The position numbers and the translations under genes are program-made. Below, piece by piece: positions 19,323 through 28,080 of a DNA stretch of 32,000 nt. Location of the stretch: assembly GCF_029504745.1 (NCBI RefSeq), contig NZ_JAQFIQ010000029.1, forward strand, positions 104 to 32,103, read 5' to 3'. The notes below the pieces were generated by a model. That model was not told the origin of the DNA. It worked only from the letters and a program-made list of their open reading frames with translations, and made no database searches. Origin of the DNA: Breznakia sp. PF5-3 (GTDB taxonomy: Bacteria > Bacillota_I > Bacilli_A > Erysipelotrichales > Erysipelotrichaceae). The first letter of the stretch is position 1, and each line of letters opens with the position of its first letter.

Positions 19323-20155
19323 CACATACTTATAATGAAAAAACTCCTTTTCCTTATGTAGCATTACACGATGTGGATTTAGAAATTAAGGAAGGTATTT
19401 TTACTGCGATTATAGGTGAAACGGGAAGTGGTAAGAGTACCCTTGTTCAACATCTAAATGCGTTACTTACACCAACTAGTGGTAAAGTTATTGTTGATGA
19501 TTTTATAATCACATCAGAGAAGAAAGCAAAGGATTTAAAAAAGTTACGTAAGAAAGTTGGTTTAGTTTTTCAATTTCCTGAATATCAATTGTTTGAAGAA
19601 ACAATTGAAAAAGATATTGCATTTGGTCCTAAAAACTTTGGTGTGGAAGAAGAAGCTGCAAAAAAGAAAGCACGTGAAATGCTAGCGTTGGTAGGATTGG
19701 ATGATTCTTATCTAAATAGAAGTCCTTTTGATTTGTCTGGTGGACAGAAGCGACGAATTGCAATTGCAGGTATTTTAGCTCTTGATCCTGATATTTTGGT
19801 TTTGGATGAACCAACAGCAGGTCTTGATCCACAAGGGGCAAAAGAGATGATGCAACTTTTCACAAAACTAAATAAAGAATTTAATAAGACCATTATTATG
19901 GTGACACATGATATGGAACATGTACTACATTATTGTGAAGATGTGGTTGTATTGAAAAAAGGAAAAGTAGTTCATACATGTAGTGCTAATGAGTTTTTCA
20001 ATAACTATGATTTACTTGAACAATTGCATGTGGCATTACCTAAAGTTATAGAGTTTAAAAAGATGTTACAAGATAAAGGAATCAAGATTAATCCTGAAAT
20101 CTTTGATATGCATGAGTTAGCTCTTGAACTCAAGGAGGAATTGAAACATGGGTGA
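19298..20155 (+). CDS. ecfA2: ECF transporter ATPase EcfA2
   Basis: GETGSGKST, LSGGQKRRIAIAG and LVLDEPTAGLD motifs. Overlaps ecfA1 by 25 nt. Confidence 0.93.
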   Translation: MSIEFKALTHTYNEKTPFPYVALHDVDLEIKEGIFTAIIGETGSGKSTLVQHLNALLTPTSGKVIVDDFIITSEKKAKDLKKLRKKVGLVFQFPEYQLFEETIEKDIAFGPKNFGVEEEAAKKKAREMLALVGLDDSYLNRSPFDLSGGQKRRIAIAGILALDPDILVLDEPTAGLDPQGAKEMMQLFTKLNKEFNKTIIMVTHDMEHVLHYCEDVVVLKKGKVVHTCSANEFFNNYDLLEQLHVALPKVIEFKKMLQDKGIKINPEIFDMHELALELKEELKHG

Positions 20156-20945
20156 TATGGTATTAGGTAGATATCTTCCTCTTGATTCTATTCTTCATCG
20201 AATGGATCCAAGAGCAAAGATTATCTGTATGTTATTTTTACTTATTGCTATTTTTATTCCTGCTGGGTATTTGGGATATGTAATATTAGGTGGATTGGTG
20301 ATTTCGCTTATATTATTATCCAAATTAAAGATTACATATATTTTAAAAGCAGTGAAGCCAATGATGTTCATGTTGGTATTTTTACTTATTATTAATATCT
20401 TGGTAATCAAGAGTGGTAACTTATTGTTATCATTAGGTTGGTTTGAGGTATACGATGATGCTATTTTTCAAACCTTGTTTATCGTTGTTCGCTTGGCTTT
20501 GATGATTAGTATTACAACCCTGTTAACAGCAACAACCAAGCCATTAGATTTAACATTGGGAATTGAGGACTTGTTAACACCGTTTAAAAGAATTGGTGTT
20601 CCAGCGCATATTATCGCGATGATGATTTCTATAGCATTGCGTTTTATTCCAACTTTAATTGAAGAGACACAGAGAATTATGAAAGCTCAAGCAAGTCGTG
20701 GTGTGGATTTTGAAGAAGGAAAGTTTACAGAAAAGATTCGTGGAATTCTTTCGCTTATCGTACCCTTATTTATTTCTGCTTTTCAAAGAGCTGAGGATTT
20801 GGCTTATGCAATGGAAGCAAGAGGATATGCACCTGATGAAGAGCGTACGCGATATAAGCAGTTAAAACTGACAGGCATGGATATTATGTCTATGTTGCTA
20901 TGTTTCGCTGTCTTAATTGGGCTTATAGGGTATATTGTACTATGA
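20148..20945 (+). CDS. ecfT: ECF transporter transmembrane component EcfT
   Basis: 265 aa, polytopic. The ALRFIPTL...AQASRG and AYAMEARGY region is typical of the CbiQ/EcfT family. Confidence 0.92.
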   Translation: MGDMVLGRYLPLDSILHRMDPRAKIICMLFLLIAIFIPAGYLGYVILGGLVISLILLSKLKITYILKAVKPMMFMLVFLLIINILVIKSGNLLLSLGWFEVYDDAIFQTLFIVVRLALMISITTLLTATTKPLDLTLGIEDLLTPFKRIGVPAHIIAMMISIALRFIPTLIEETQRIMKAQASRGVDFEEGKFTEKIRGILSLIVPLFISAFQRAEDLAYAMEARGYAPDEERTRYKQLKLTGMDIMSMLLCFAVLIGLIGYIVL

Positions 20946-21673
20946 GGTATAAAGTTACAGTAGCATATGATGGAAGTGAATATCATGGTTGGCAAACACA
21001 AAGAAAAGGGAATAGTATTGAAGAAGCAATTGAAAAGGTGCTATATACTATGCATGATAGTGAAGTAGAGATTGTAGGTAGTGGAAGAACGGATAGTAAA
21101 GTTCATGCATTGGGGCAAGTCTTTCACTTTGATTCATCTTTGGGGTTGAGCAAAGAAAGAATGAAAGAAGCACTAAATGCACAACTTAATCGTAGTATTC
21201 GAATTAAAACAGTAGAAATAGTTAGTGATGATTTTCATGCCCGTTTTGATGCCAAAGGAAAGCGTTATGAGTATTTTGTTTCAAAAGATACAAGTAATCC
21301 ATTTATTCGCAAATATATGGACATTGACTATCATCCGTTGGCTTTAAAAGCAATGCAAGAAGCTGCTACCATTTTTGTTGGCACACATGATTTTACGAGT
21401 TTTACTTCATCAAAAATTGATCAGCGAAAAGGTCGAATTCGTACAATTACCAAGTTTGAAGTATCACAAGATGGTGATGTTACTCATTTTGTAATTGAAG
21501 GAGATGGTTTTCTTCGTTATATGGTAAGAATGATGGTACAAACGATTATCATGGTAGGAAAAGGAAAAGTAAGCATTGAAGAAGTGGAACAAATGCTATT
21601 AGCAAAGAATAAACACACATGTAAATATAAAGCAAATGCATGCGGATTATATTTAGTAGAAGTAAAGTATTAG
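20942..21673 (+). CDS. truA: tRNA pseudouridine(38-40) synthase TruA
   Basis: MRYKVTVAYDGSEYHGWQTQ N-terminus with the catalytic GRTDSKVHA. An ATGA overlap joins it to the ecfT stop. The ORF-track start at 20900 lies inside ecfT. Confidence 0.95.
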   Translation: MRYKVTVAYDGSEYHGWQTQRKGNSIEEAIEKVLYTMHDSEVEIVGSGRTDSKVHALGQVFHFDSSLGLSKERMKEALNAQLNRSIRIKTVEIVSDDFHARFDAKGKRYEYFVSKDTSNPFIRKYMDIDYHPLALKAMQEAATIFVGTHDFTSFTSSKIDQRKGRIRTITKFEVSQDGDVTHFVIEGDGFLRYMVRMMVQTIIMVGKGKVSIEEVEQMLLAKNKHTCKYKANACGLYLVEVKY

Positions 21674-21686
21674 GGAGGGATAGTAT

Positions 21687-22478
21687 ATGAAAACTAATTA
21701 TCATACACATACAACACGTTGCAATCATGCCTGCGGTAGTGATGAGCAATTTGTGTTAAGCGCAATTCGAGGTGGGTTTAAAGAGTTGGGTTTTAGTGAT
21801 CATTCGCCATGGAATTATAGTCCTTCTACATACAAAGGAAGTCATATCCGAATGCGATTAGAAGAATTTGAAGATTATTATAATAGTCTTTCTCATTTGA
21901 AAGAAAAATATAAAGATCAAATTTCAATAAAAATTGGTTTAGAAGTGGAATATTTTCCTGAATACATGGAATGGTTAAGAAGGTTTATTAAAGAAAAAGA
22001 ACTGGATTATATTATCTTGGGTAATCATTTTCATAAAAGTGATGAAAATGGGCCATATTATGGCCATGAATGTGATAAGGATAAATGGTTGAGACAGTAT
22101 GCAATAGATGCAATTGAAGCATTGGAAACAGGTTTATATGCGTATTTAGCTCATCCTGACTTATTTATGAGAGGACGTACAAAGTTTGATCGCTTGGCAA
22201 AAGAAGTCTCGTATCAAATTTGTGAAGCATGTAAAGAGATGGATATTCCATTAGAATATAATTTAGCTGGTGCAGAAGTATCGGATTATATGCACGTTAT
22301 ACAATATCCACATCCAGAGTTTTGGAAAATTGCTGCAGATGTAGGAAATAAAGTTATTATAGGTTGCGATGCCCATAATTATAAGCAATTAGAAAATGAA
22401 CATTATTGGAATAAAGCATTAAAACATATAGAAGAATTGGGTTTGGAGCGAGTAGAAACAATAAAATTTTTGCGGTAA
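21687..22478 (+). CDS. PHP-domain phosphatase, histidinol-phosphatase HisJ family
   Basis: N-terminal NYHTHTTRCNHA. Downstream FSDH, a His in LGNHFH, and AHPD/CDAH metal-ligand motifs. Confidence 0.8.
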   Translation: MKTNYHTHTTRCNHACGSDEQFVLSAIRGGFKELGFSDHSPWNYSPSTYKGSHIRMRLEEFEDYYNSLSHLKEKYKDQISIKIGLEVEYFPEYMEWLRRFIKEKELDYIILGNHFHKSDENGPYYGHECDKDKWLRQYAIDAIEALETGLYAYLAHPDLFMRGRTKFDRLAKEVSYQICEACKEMDIPLEYNLAGAEVSDYMHVIQYPHPEFWKIAADVGNKVIIGCDAHNYKQLENEHYWNKALKHIEELGLERVETIKFLR

Positions 22479-22604
22479 ATTTGAAAATATGCGAACTAAA
22501 TTGTATTCTATATTGTCTATATTATAGAAGGAAAAATATTTCCTTCCTATAATTAGAAGATATATAGATATATATAATACATTCGCCTGTCTATATATCT
22601 GTTT

Positions 22605-22641
22605 GAAAAGTAGGTATTCGTCCATCTACTTTTCTTTTTTT
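22605..22641 (+). terminator. Rho-independent terminator closing the ecf-truA-PHP unit
   Basis: GAAAAGTAG (22605-22613) with CTACTTTTC (22626-22634), 12-nt loop, T-run to 22641. Confidence 0.75.
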
Positions 22642-22679
22642 ATGAATAAATCAAAAAATACAAAAATACTCAAAAAAGG

Positions 22680-22708
22680 TTGTAAAAAAGGTAAATTTGT
22701 CATAAAAT
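22680..22708 (+). promoter_or_regulatory. Candidate sigma-A promoter for rplM-rpsI (TTGTAA-17-TAAAAT)
   Basis: TTGTAA at 22680-22685, 17-nt spacer, TAAAAT at 22703-22708. Confidence 0.5.
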
Positions 22709-22713
22709 AGTAC

Positions 22714-22747
22714 ATGGCACTATGCCATTGTAGCCCCGGAAACTACA
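22714..22747 (+). promoter_or_regulatory. Structured rplM 5' leader, a possible L13-leader-type autoregulatory element
   Basis: Two adjacent hairpins: ATGGCA-CTA-TGCCAT (22714-22728) and TGTAG-N9-CTACA (22729-22747), immediately before the rplM SD. Confidence 0.35.
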
Positions 22748-22765
22748 ATGAAAGGAAATAGTAAA

Positions 22766-23203
22766 ATGCGCCAAACAACATTTATTAAGCCAGCTGAAGT
22801 TACACGTACATGGTACGTTGTAGATGGAGCAGGTAAGACAATGGGACGTTTAGCTACAGAAGTAGCTGCAGTATTACGTGGGAAACATAAACCTACGTTT
22901 ACACCTAATGTCGATTGTGGTGATTTTGTTATTGTGATAAACGCAGACAAAATCGAAATGACAGGTAAAAAGATGGAGAATAAAAAATATTACTCTCACT
23001 CTATGTATCCTGGAGGACTTAGAACACGTACAGCAAAAGTTATGAAACAACAATATACAGTAGAATGGGTTGAAAAAGCTATTCACGGTATGTTGCCACA
23101 TACAAGACTTGGAGATGTACAACGTAAACATTTATTTGTTTACACAGGTAGCGAACATCCACACGCTGCACAAAAACCAGTGGAAATGAAACTTAAAGGA
23201 TAA
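22766..23203 (+). CDS. rplM: 50S ribosomal protein L13
   Basis: [21 protein letters not shown]-like N-terminus. The ATG at 22748 would add a non-conserved MKGNSK. Confidence 0.95.
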   Translation: MRQTTFIKPAEVTRTWYVVDGAGKTMGRLATEVAAVLRGKHKPTFTPNVDCGDFVIVINADKIEMTGKKMENKKYYSHSMYPGGLRTRTAKVMKQQYTVEWVEKAIHGMLPHTRLGDVQRKHLFVYTGSEHPHAAQKPVEMKLKG

Positions 23204-23217
23204 GGAGGAATAAGAAT

Positions 23218-23619
23218 ATGGCAACAAAGAAAACAGTATCATATAATGGAACTGGTCGTAGAAAAAGTTCAGTTGCTCGTGTCTTTATGACTCCGGGTAA
23301 AGGTAATATCGTTGTTAATGGAAAAACATTAGAAGATTATTTACCATTAGAAACTTTAAGAATGGTGGTTAGATCACCATTAGAAACGACAGATACATTA
23401 TCTCAATTTGATATTAAGATCAATGTAAATGGTGGAGGATACACAGGACAAGCTGGAGCTATGCGTCATGGAATTTCCAGAGCATTGCTTGAAGTTAGTT
23501 CAGACTATCGTTCAGCATTAAAAGCAGAAGGATTCTTGACACGTGACCCTAGAATGAAAGAACGTAAAAAATACGGTCTTAAAGCTGCAAGACGTGCACC
23601 ACAATTTAGTAAACGTTAG
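23218..23619 (+). CDS. rpsI: 30S ribosomal protein S9
   Basis: 133 aa. [12 protein letters not shown] motif and a C-terminal [17 protein letters not shown]. Confidence 0.97.
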   Translation: MATKKTVSYNGTGRRKSSVARVFMTPGKGNIVVNGKTLEDYLPLETLRMVVRSPLETTDTLSQFDIKINVNGGGYTGQAGAMRHGISRALLEVSSDYRSALKAEGFLTRDPRMKERKKYGLKAARRAPQFSKR

Positions 23620-23645
23620 AAACAAGAAAAATTTGTCAAAAAATC

Positions 23646-23697
23646 AAAAAAACTCAGAATCATCTAATCTTATTTGGATTATATCTGAGTTTTTTTG
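23646..23697 (+). terminator. Rho-independent terminator after rpsI
   Basis: AAAAAACTCAGA (23646-23658) with TCTGAGTTTTTT (23684-23696), around a long partly paired loop. Confidence 0.7.
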
Positions 23698-23801
23698 TAT
23701 CTTTTTAAAAGTAAAATATGCTAATTTATGTTTATAATGAATATGATATGTAATCTATTGATGCCATGATATAATTGAAATACTTAGTTTGGGGGAGAAA
23801 T

Positions 23802-24383
23802 ATGAAAAACTTATTTATAAAACTTTTTATTTTGCTTAGTTGTGTTGTGGTGGCTTATGTTATTCACTATACTTGGCTGACTAAATATATTAGTCAAACA
23901 AACCCTCCAATATATATTTATATATTGGTATGGATAGCATTAGCTATTATTTTATATGGTATTGTAACTTTTTTCTTTACAGGGTGGAATGATATTGAAA
24001 GAGGAATACTTCTTATAGTTTATTATTTTTGTGTGCTGTGGTTGCTTGTAATTGGTAGACAAAATTATGGGTATACTGATTTTTCATGGAATCCTTTTAG
24101 TTTTGTTTTTGATATTATTAATAATGATTTTAATTCGCGAACACTTGCTTTTCAAAATGTACTTCTTTTTATTCCAGCACCAATTATAAATCAATTTTTT
24201 ATAAAGAAAAGAAACACTAATGTATTTTTATGTGCTGTAATTGCAATATCAGTAGAATTTATTCAAAGGATTACAGGGCGGGGAATATTTGATTTGAGTG
24301 ATATTACTTTATACTTTATTGGTATTAGTATCGGATTTATTTTGGTTAATCCCTTTAATAAACTAGAAAAAATTAAATTATAA
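23802..24383 (+). CDS. VanZ-like family membrane protein
   Basis: About 193 aa, multi-TM. NPFSF, NVLLFIPAP and EFIQRITGRGIFDLSDITLYFIG match the VanZ pattern (N.PF / N..LF.P.G / E..Q...R..D..D). ATG at 23802 follows GGGGGAG; the TTG at 23775 is the ORF-track start. Confidence 0.6.
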   Translation: MKNLFIKLFILLSCVVVAYVIHYTWLTKYISQTNPPIYIYILVWIALAIILYGIVTFFFTGWNDIERGILLIVYYFCVLWLLVIGRQNYGYTDFSWNPFSFVFDIINNDFNSRTLAFQNVLLFIPAPIINQFFIKKRNTNVFLCAVIAISVEFIQRITGRGIFDLSDITLYFIGISIGFILVNPFNKLEKIKL

Positions 24384-24486
24384 TTGATTTTATTCATTTA
24401 ATTTTTACCAATACGATTAATGCAGCGCCAAAATAATTCAAACATGAATTTTATCATATATAATATATTTATAACAGGAGGTGCAT

Positions 24487-25293
24487 ATGTTTCAAATCGG
24501 GACTTTTTCAAAATTAACAGGAATTAGTATTGATAGATTGAGAAATTATGACAATAAGAATATTTTGAAACCTACTTTTATTGATGATATAAGTGGTTAT
24601 CGATATTATAGTGAGGAACAGATTGCAAAGGCTAATCGAATCCAAATATTAATTGAGATTGGATTTAGCTTAAAAGAAATTGCTACTATCTCAACGTTGT
24701 CACAAATCCAGATGATTGATCTTGTGAAGCAGAAAAGGGTTAAAGCAAATGATCAACTTTTGACCATAAAAAGACAAATTGCACTCATGGATTACGCAAT
24801 CAACGATTTACAGAAAAAGGATGAGTTTGCATTGTCGTTAAATATAAAAAAAATACCATCAAGAAAAGTAGTTTCTTTACGTCAAACAATCAAGCGCTTT
24901 GAAGATGAAGGAATGCTTTGGGAAAAATTATCATATGAGGTTAATAAATATAATATAAAATTTGTTAATGCATCTTGGACATATGCTTTTACGCACTCGA
25001 TTGATTTAGTGAATAATGAAATTGATACAGAAGTTCAAAAAGAAGTGTCCCTTATTCAAGATGATATTGAAGATTTGAAATTTAAAGAAATACCCCAAAG
25101 CCTAGTTGCTTCTGTCGTTTTCAAAGGTGGCTATGAAAATATTCAGAAAATACATGATTATGTTGATAAGTGGATAAAAGTTATGGGATATAAATGGAAT
25201 GGTTCTCCATTTCAAATATATTATATATCTCCGGCAGAAGTTTTAGATGAAGATGGATACATTACTGAAATGTGCTATCCAATTATAAAATAA
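24487..25293 (+). CDS. MerR-family transcriptional regulator with a C-terminal GyrI-like effector-binding domain (BmrR type)
   Basis: N-terminal winged HTH FQIGTFSKLTGISIDRLRNYDNKNILKP...GYRYYSEEQ, a coiled-coil linker, and a C-terminal domain of about 150 aa ending GYITEMCYPI. ATG at 24487 lies 5 nt after AGGAGG. Confidence 0.85.
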   Translation: MFQIGTFSKLTGISIDRLRNYDNKNILKPTFIDDISGYRYYSEEQIAKANRIQILIEIGFSLKEIATISTLSQIQMIDLVKQKRVKANDQLLTIKRQIALMDYAINDLQKKDEFALSLNIKKIPSRKVVSLRQTIKRFEDEGMLWEKLSYEVNKYNIKFVNASWTYAFTHSIDLVNNEIDTEVQKEVSLIQDDIEDLKFKEIPQSLVASVVFKGGYENIQKIHDYVDKWIKVMGYKWNGSPFQIYYISPAEVLDEDGYITEMCYPIIK

Positions 25294-25297
25294 AGAG

Positions 25298-25328
25298 TTG
25301 ACTCTAGTATTGTACTAGACTATATGAT
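25298..25328 (+). promoter_or_regulatory. MerR-type promoter and operator: TTGACT-19 bp-TATGAT with an internal dyad
   Basis: TTGACT at 25298-25303 and TATGAT at 25323-25328 give a 19-bp spacer. The spacer contains the perfect dyad TCTAGTA-TTG-TACTAGA (25303-25319). Confidence 0.65.
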
Positions 25329-25366
25329 GTCATTAGGAATTCCTAGAAGTTAATATAAAGGAGCTA

Positions 25367-26443
25367 ATGATGGATAAAAAGGTAATTGATTTAGATCATC
25401 ATAAAGATGATTATGAATGTATGTGGAATGGGATAGAAGATGTTTATATTACGAAGACAAAAGAAAAAATACCTAATTTCTATTTTTTTGTGTTAGCAGG
25501 TATTGGAAACTTTGTTTATTTCAAATCAAAAAACGGGAATATGAAACGTTTCGCTAGTTGGAGTGATGGGCGTACGAAGTCAATGTATAAATGGCTTGCA
25601 CCTATTGTTGGATTTTCATATAAGCATATCGAAGGAAGAAGCTTTTCATATGTTTTAAAGAAATCCAAACAACAAATCGATGAAGGGAATCCAGTAGTGA
25701 TAGGAAATCTGGATATGTATTATTTAAAGTATTACCCTAAATTCTACAAACAATTACATATCCCTACACATTATGTTTTGATGGTTGGATATGACGAAGA
25801 TAAGCGAGAAGTAATTGTTCATGATTGTGGATTAGATAACCCACAGTCGATAAGTTATGAGTTGCTTGAAAAAGCTTTGGATATTGATGAAGAAGCTGGA
25901 AATAAAAAGAATACAATTTGTTATTTAGAGTTTGGAAAACTTGCAGATGTAAATGAAATTTCAAGAAAAGCGTTAGCTTTAAAAGCGGCTGATATGTTAG
26001 AAAAAAAACCTATTTTCTTAGGTATAAGTGGGATGCGGAAACTGGCTAAGGAATTTTCAACTTGGAAAGAAGAATTATCAGAAGATGAGTATAAGGTTTC
26101 GTTGGCTACACTAGTTACCTTTACTGGAACAGTGCCAACTTTACCAGATAAGCTTGTTAGTGAAGAAGCTAAAACAGGAGTTTTACACCAAGCAGCTAGA
26201 GAAAAAATTATTCATGTACTGGAATTTCTCAGACAAAACTATGATTTTAAGGATTTTGATAAAGCAATCAAATGTTTTGAAAAGAGTGCGATTTTTATAG
26301 AAAAGATGACAGATATGATATCGGATTATTTGTTGGATGATAATAGGTCTCTTGATTTAATACCGCGTATCATTTTAGAGATTGCAGATGAAGAAGAACG
26401 AGCATATAGGATTATCCAAGAATCACTAAAAAAACCTCTTTAG
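25367..26443 (+). CDS. BtrH_N / DUF4872-like protein (papain- or C39-like fold, putative cysteine acyltransferase/hydrolase)
   Basis: 358 aa. N-terminal YECMWNGIEDVY (Cys18). NPVVIGNLDMYYLKYY...HIPTHYVLMVGYDEDKREVIVHD (His135, Asp153) resembles the conserved BtrH_N pattern. The C-terminal half is helical. An alternative ATG is at 25370. Confidence 0.5.
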   Translation: MMDKKVIDLDHHKDDYECMWNGIEDVYITKTKEKIPNFYFFVLAGIGNFVYFKSKNGNMKRFASWSDGRTKSMYKWLAPIVGFSYKHIEGRSFSYVLKKSKQQIDEGNPVVIGNLDMYYLKYYPKFYKQLHIPTHYVLMVGYDEDKREVIVHDCGLDNPQSISYELLEKALDIDEEAGNKKNTICYLEFGKLADVNEISRKALALKAADMLEKKPIFLGISGMRKLAKEFSTWKEELSEDEYKVSLATLVTFTGTVPTLPDKLVSEEAKTGVLHQAAREKIIHVLEFLRQNYDFKDFDKAIKCFEKSAIFIEKMTDMISDYLLDDNRSLDLIPRIILEIADEEERAYRIIQESLKKPL

Positions 26444-26461
26444 AGTTTAAAGAGATTTTTT
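26436..26461. terminator. Bidirectional terminator between convergent genes
   Basis: CTCTTTA (26436-26442) with TAAAGAG (26448-26454). An A-run lies upstream and a T-run downstream, so it is usable on both strands. Confidence 0.7.
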
Positions 26462-26462
26462 G

Positions 26463-28079
26463 TTATATACTTAAAATGTCTGTAACTTCTTGAAGGTCTT
26501 TCTTCCCAAAATAAATTTCTTTATCATCAATGATCATACATGGAACACTCATGATATTATACTTTTCTTTGATCTTGGGAAAATGTGATAAGTCATACAT
26601 TTCAGCTGTTATATTTTCATTTTCAATAGCAACTCTTTGAGTTGCCATAACTACATCAGGACACATCGTACATGATAATGATACCATCACTTTAATATTC
26701 TTAGGCTTTTCAATCTTTTTGATTTTATCTAAAATAGTTTCTTCAATGGTTTGCTTTGGACCGATGGCATTGTAAAGTGCGATTACAAAGGAATTAAATT
26801 CATGACCTCCAGGTACAGCATGATATTTTATACGTAAGTCTTTATTATTTTCATCAAATAAACTGATTGCTGGTTCACCTTGTTCAATCATAACCGTTTC
26901 ATAAGATAACTTGTCACTCAATGAAGTGAATTCTTTTGTGAATTCAACAATTTCTTTTGATAATTCATCATCCATAATGAAACATTTTAAAATTGCCTTA
27001 TGAGTAAATTTTTCTAAAATGGGAATTAATTGCTTTTTCATATCATTTGAGATAAAAATTGAATCGGATGCTTCTTCAGATGTCTCAGTTGATGTACTAT
27101 TAATAGGTGCTGAAATACTTCTAGTCGTTAAGTTTAGTTGGTCCACTACCCCTGGTATATATTTCTCCAATGATGTGGAAGCAATAGCTCCATCAGAAAC
27201 GGCAGTTGTGACTTGACGTAGGTTCTTAATACATACATCACCAGCTCCATATACGCCATCTAAGCTTGTTTTTTGGTTCACATCTGTAACTAAGTATCCT
27301 TGTTCATTTGTGCTCACCTGTGTCTTAAATAATGCGGTTGCGGGTTCATAGCCAGCAAAGACGAAAATACCAAAAGTTTTATTATCTTGTGCTTCATGTT
27401 GCCATTCTTTTTTTGTTTCATTGTTTCTGAAGATAGCTTTCTTTAATTGTGCATCACCGCTAGCAGAAAGAATTTCAGTATTGTAATGGATATCAATATT
27501 TGGATGTGATTTAACTTCATCAGCAATTGATTTTGCACAAGTGAAGTCAGGTTCACGAACGATCATTGTAACTTTACTAGCATACTTGGTAAGAAAGATT
27601 GCTTCTTCTGCTGCAGCAAAGCCACCACCAATGACAAAGACATCGAGACCACTAAAAAATTCTCCATCACAAGTTGCACAATAGGCAACCCCTCTTCCTC
27701 GAAATTCTTTTTCGCCTGTAAAGCCAATCATTCTAGGACTGGCACCAGTGGCTAAGATAACACCAACACTTTGATAGGTTCCTTTATCCGTTTTAATAGT
27801 TTTTATCTTTTTATTTAAAGATAAATCATTAACTTCAGCGATTTTAAACTCAGCGCCAAAGTTTTGTGCTTGTATGCGCATTTGCTCAGTAAGTTCTTTG
27901 CCACTTGTCTTCACAATTCCTGGATAATTTACAACCTCAGAAGTAATTGTAATCTGTCCACCTATCGTATCTTTCTCTATCACCAGCACACTAAATTGAG
28001 CACGAGCCATATAAATAGCGGCAGAGAGACCTGCTGGTCCTCCACCGATAATTATGACATCATATATGTCTTTCTTCAT
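26463..28079 (-). CDS. AhpF-homolog flavoprotein disulfide reductase with permuted domain order (TrxR module N-terminal, CxxC thioredoxin-fold module C-terminal)
   Basis: 538 aa. VIIIGGGPAGLSAA (FAD), CATCDG redox centre (Cys134/Cys137), VIGGGFAAAEEA (NAD(P)H), GAGDV, and a C-terminal SLSCTMCPDV...SVPCMI. Sits directly downstream of ahpC. Confidence 0.85.
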   Translation of the reverse strand: MKKDIYDVIIIGGGPAGLSAAIYMARAQFSVLVIEKDTIGGQITITSEVVNYPGIVKTSGKELTEQMRIQAQNFGAEFKIAEVNDLSLNKKIKTIKTDKGTYQSVGVILATGASPRMIGFTGEKEFRGRGVAYCATCDGEFFSGLDVFVIGGGFAAAEEAIFLTKYASKVTMIVREPDFTCAKSIADEVKSHPNIDIHYNTEILSASGDAQLKKAIFRNNETKKEWQHEAQDNKTFGIFVFAGYEPATALFKTQVSTNEQGYLVTDVNQKTSLDGVYGAGDVCIKNLRQVTTAVSDGAIASTSLEKYIPGVVDQLNLTTRSISAPINSTSTETSEEASDSIFISNDMKKQLIPILEKFTHKAILKCFIMDDELSKEIVEFTKEFTSLSDKLSYETVMIEQGEPAISLFDENNKDLRIKYHAVPGGHEFNSFVIALYNAIGPKQTIEETILDKIKKIEKPKNIKVMVSLSCTMCPDVVMATQRVAIENENITAEMYDLSHFPKIKEKYNIMSVPCMIIDDKEIYFGKKDLQEVTDILSI

Positions 28080-28080
28080 A

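Noticed and set aside
22500-22600. Repeated CTATAT/ATATAG strings, considered as a possible CRISPR or tandem-repeat array
   Set aside because: They consist only of short AT-rich inverted repeats forming hairpins. There are no regularly spaced direct repeats of 24 nt or more with unique spacers, and no cas genes in the window.
24435-24464. Palindrome AATTCA-AACA-TGAATT overlapping the -35 of the merR-like gene, considered as a second MerR operator
   Set aside because: Its sequence is unrelated to the TCTAGTA dyad at 25303-25319. The promoter here has a normal 16-nt spacer. A short AT-rich palindrome of this kind is expected by chance in this genome.
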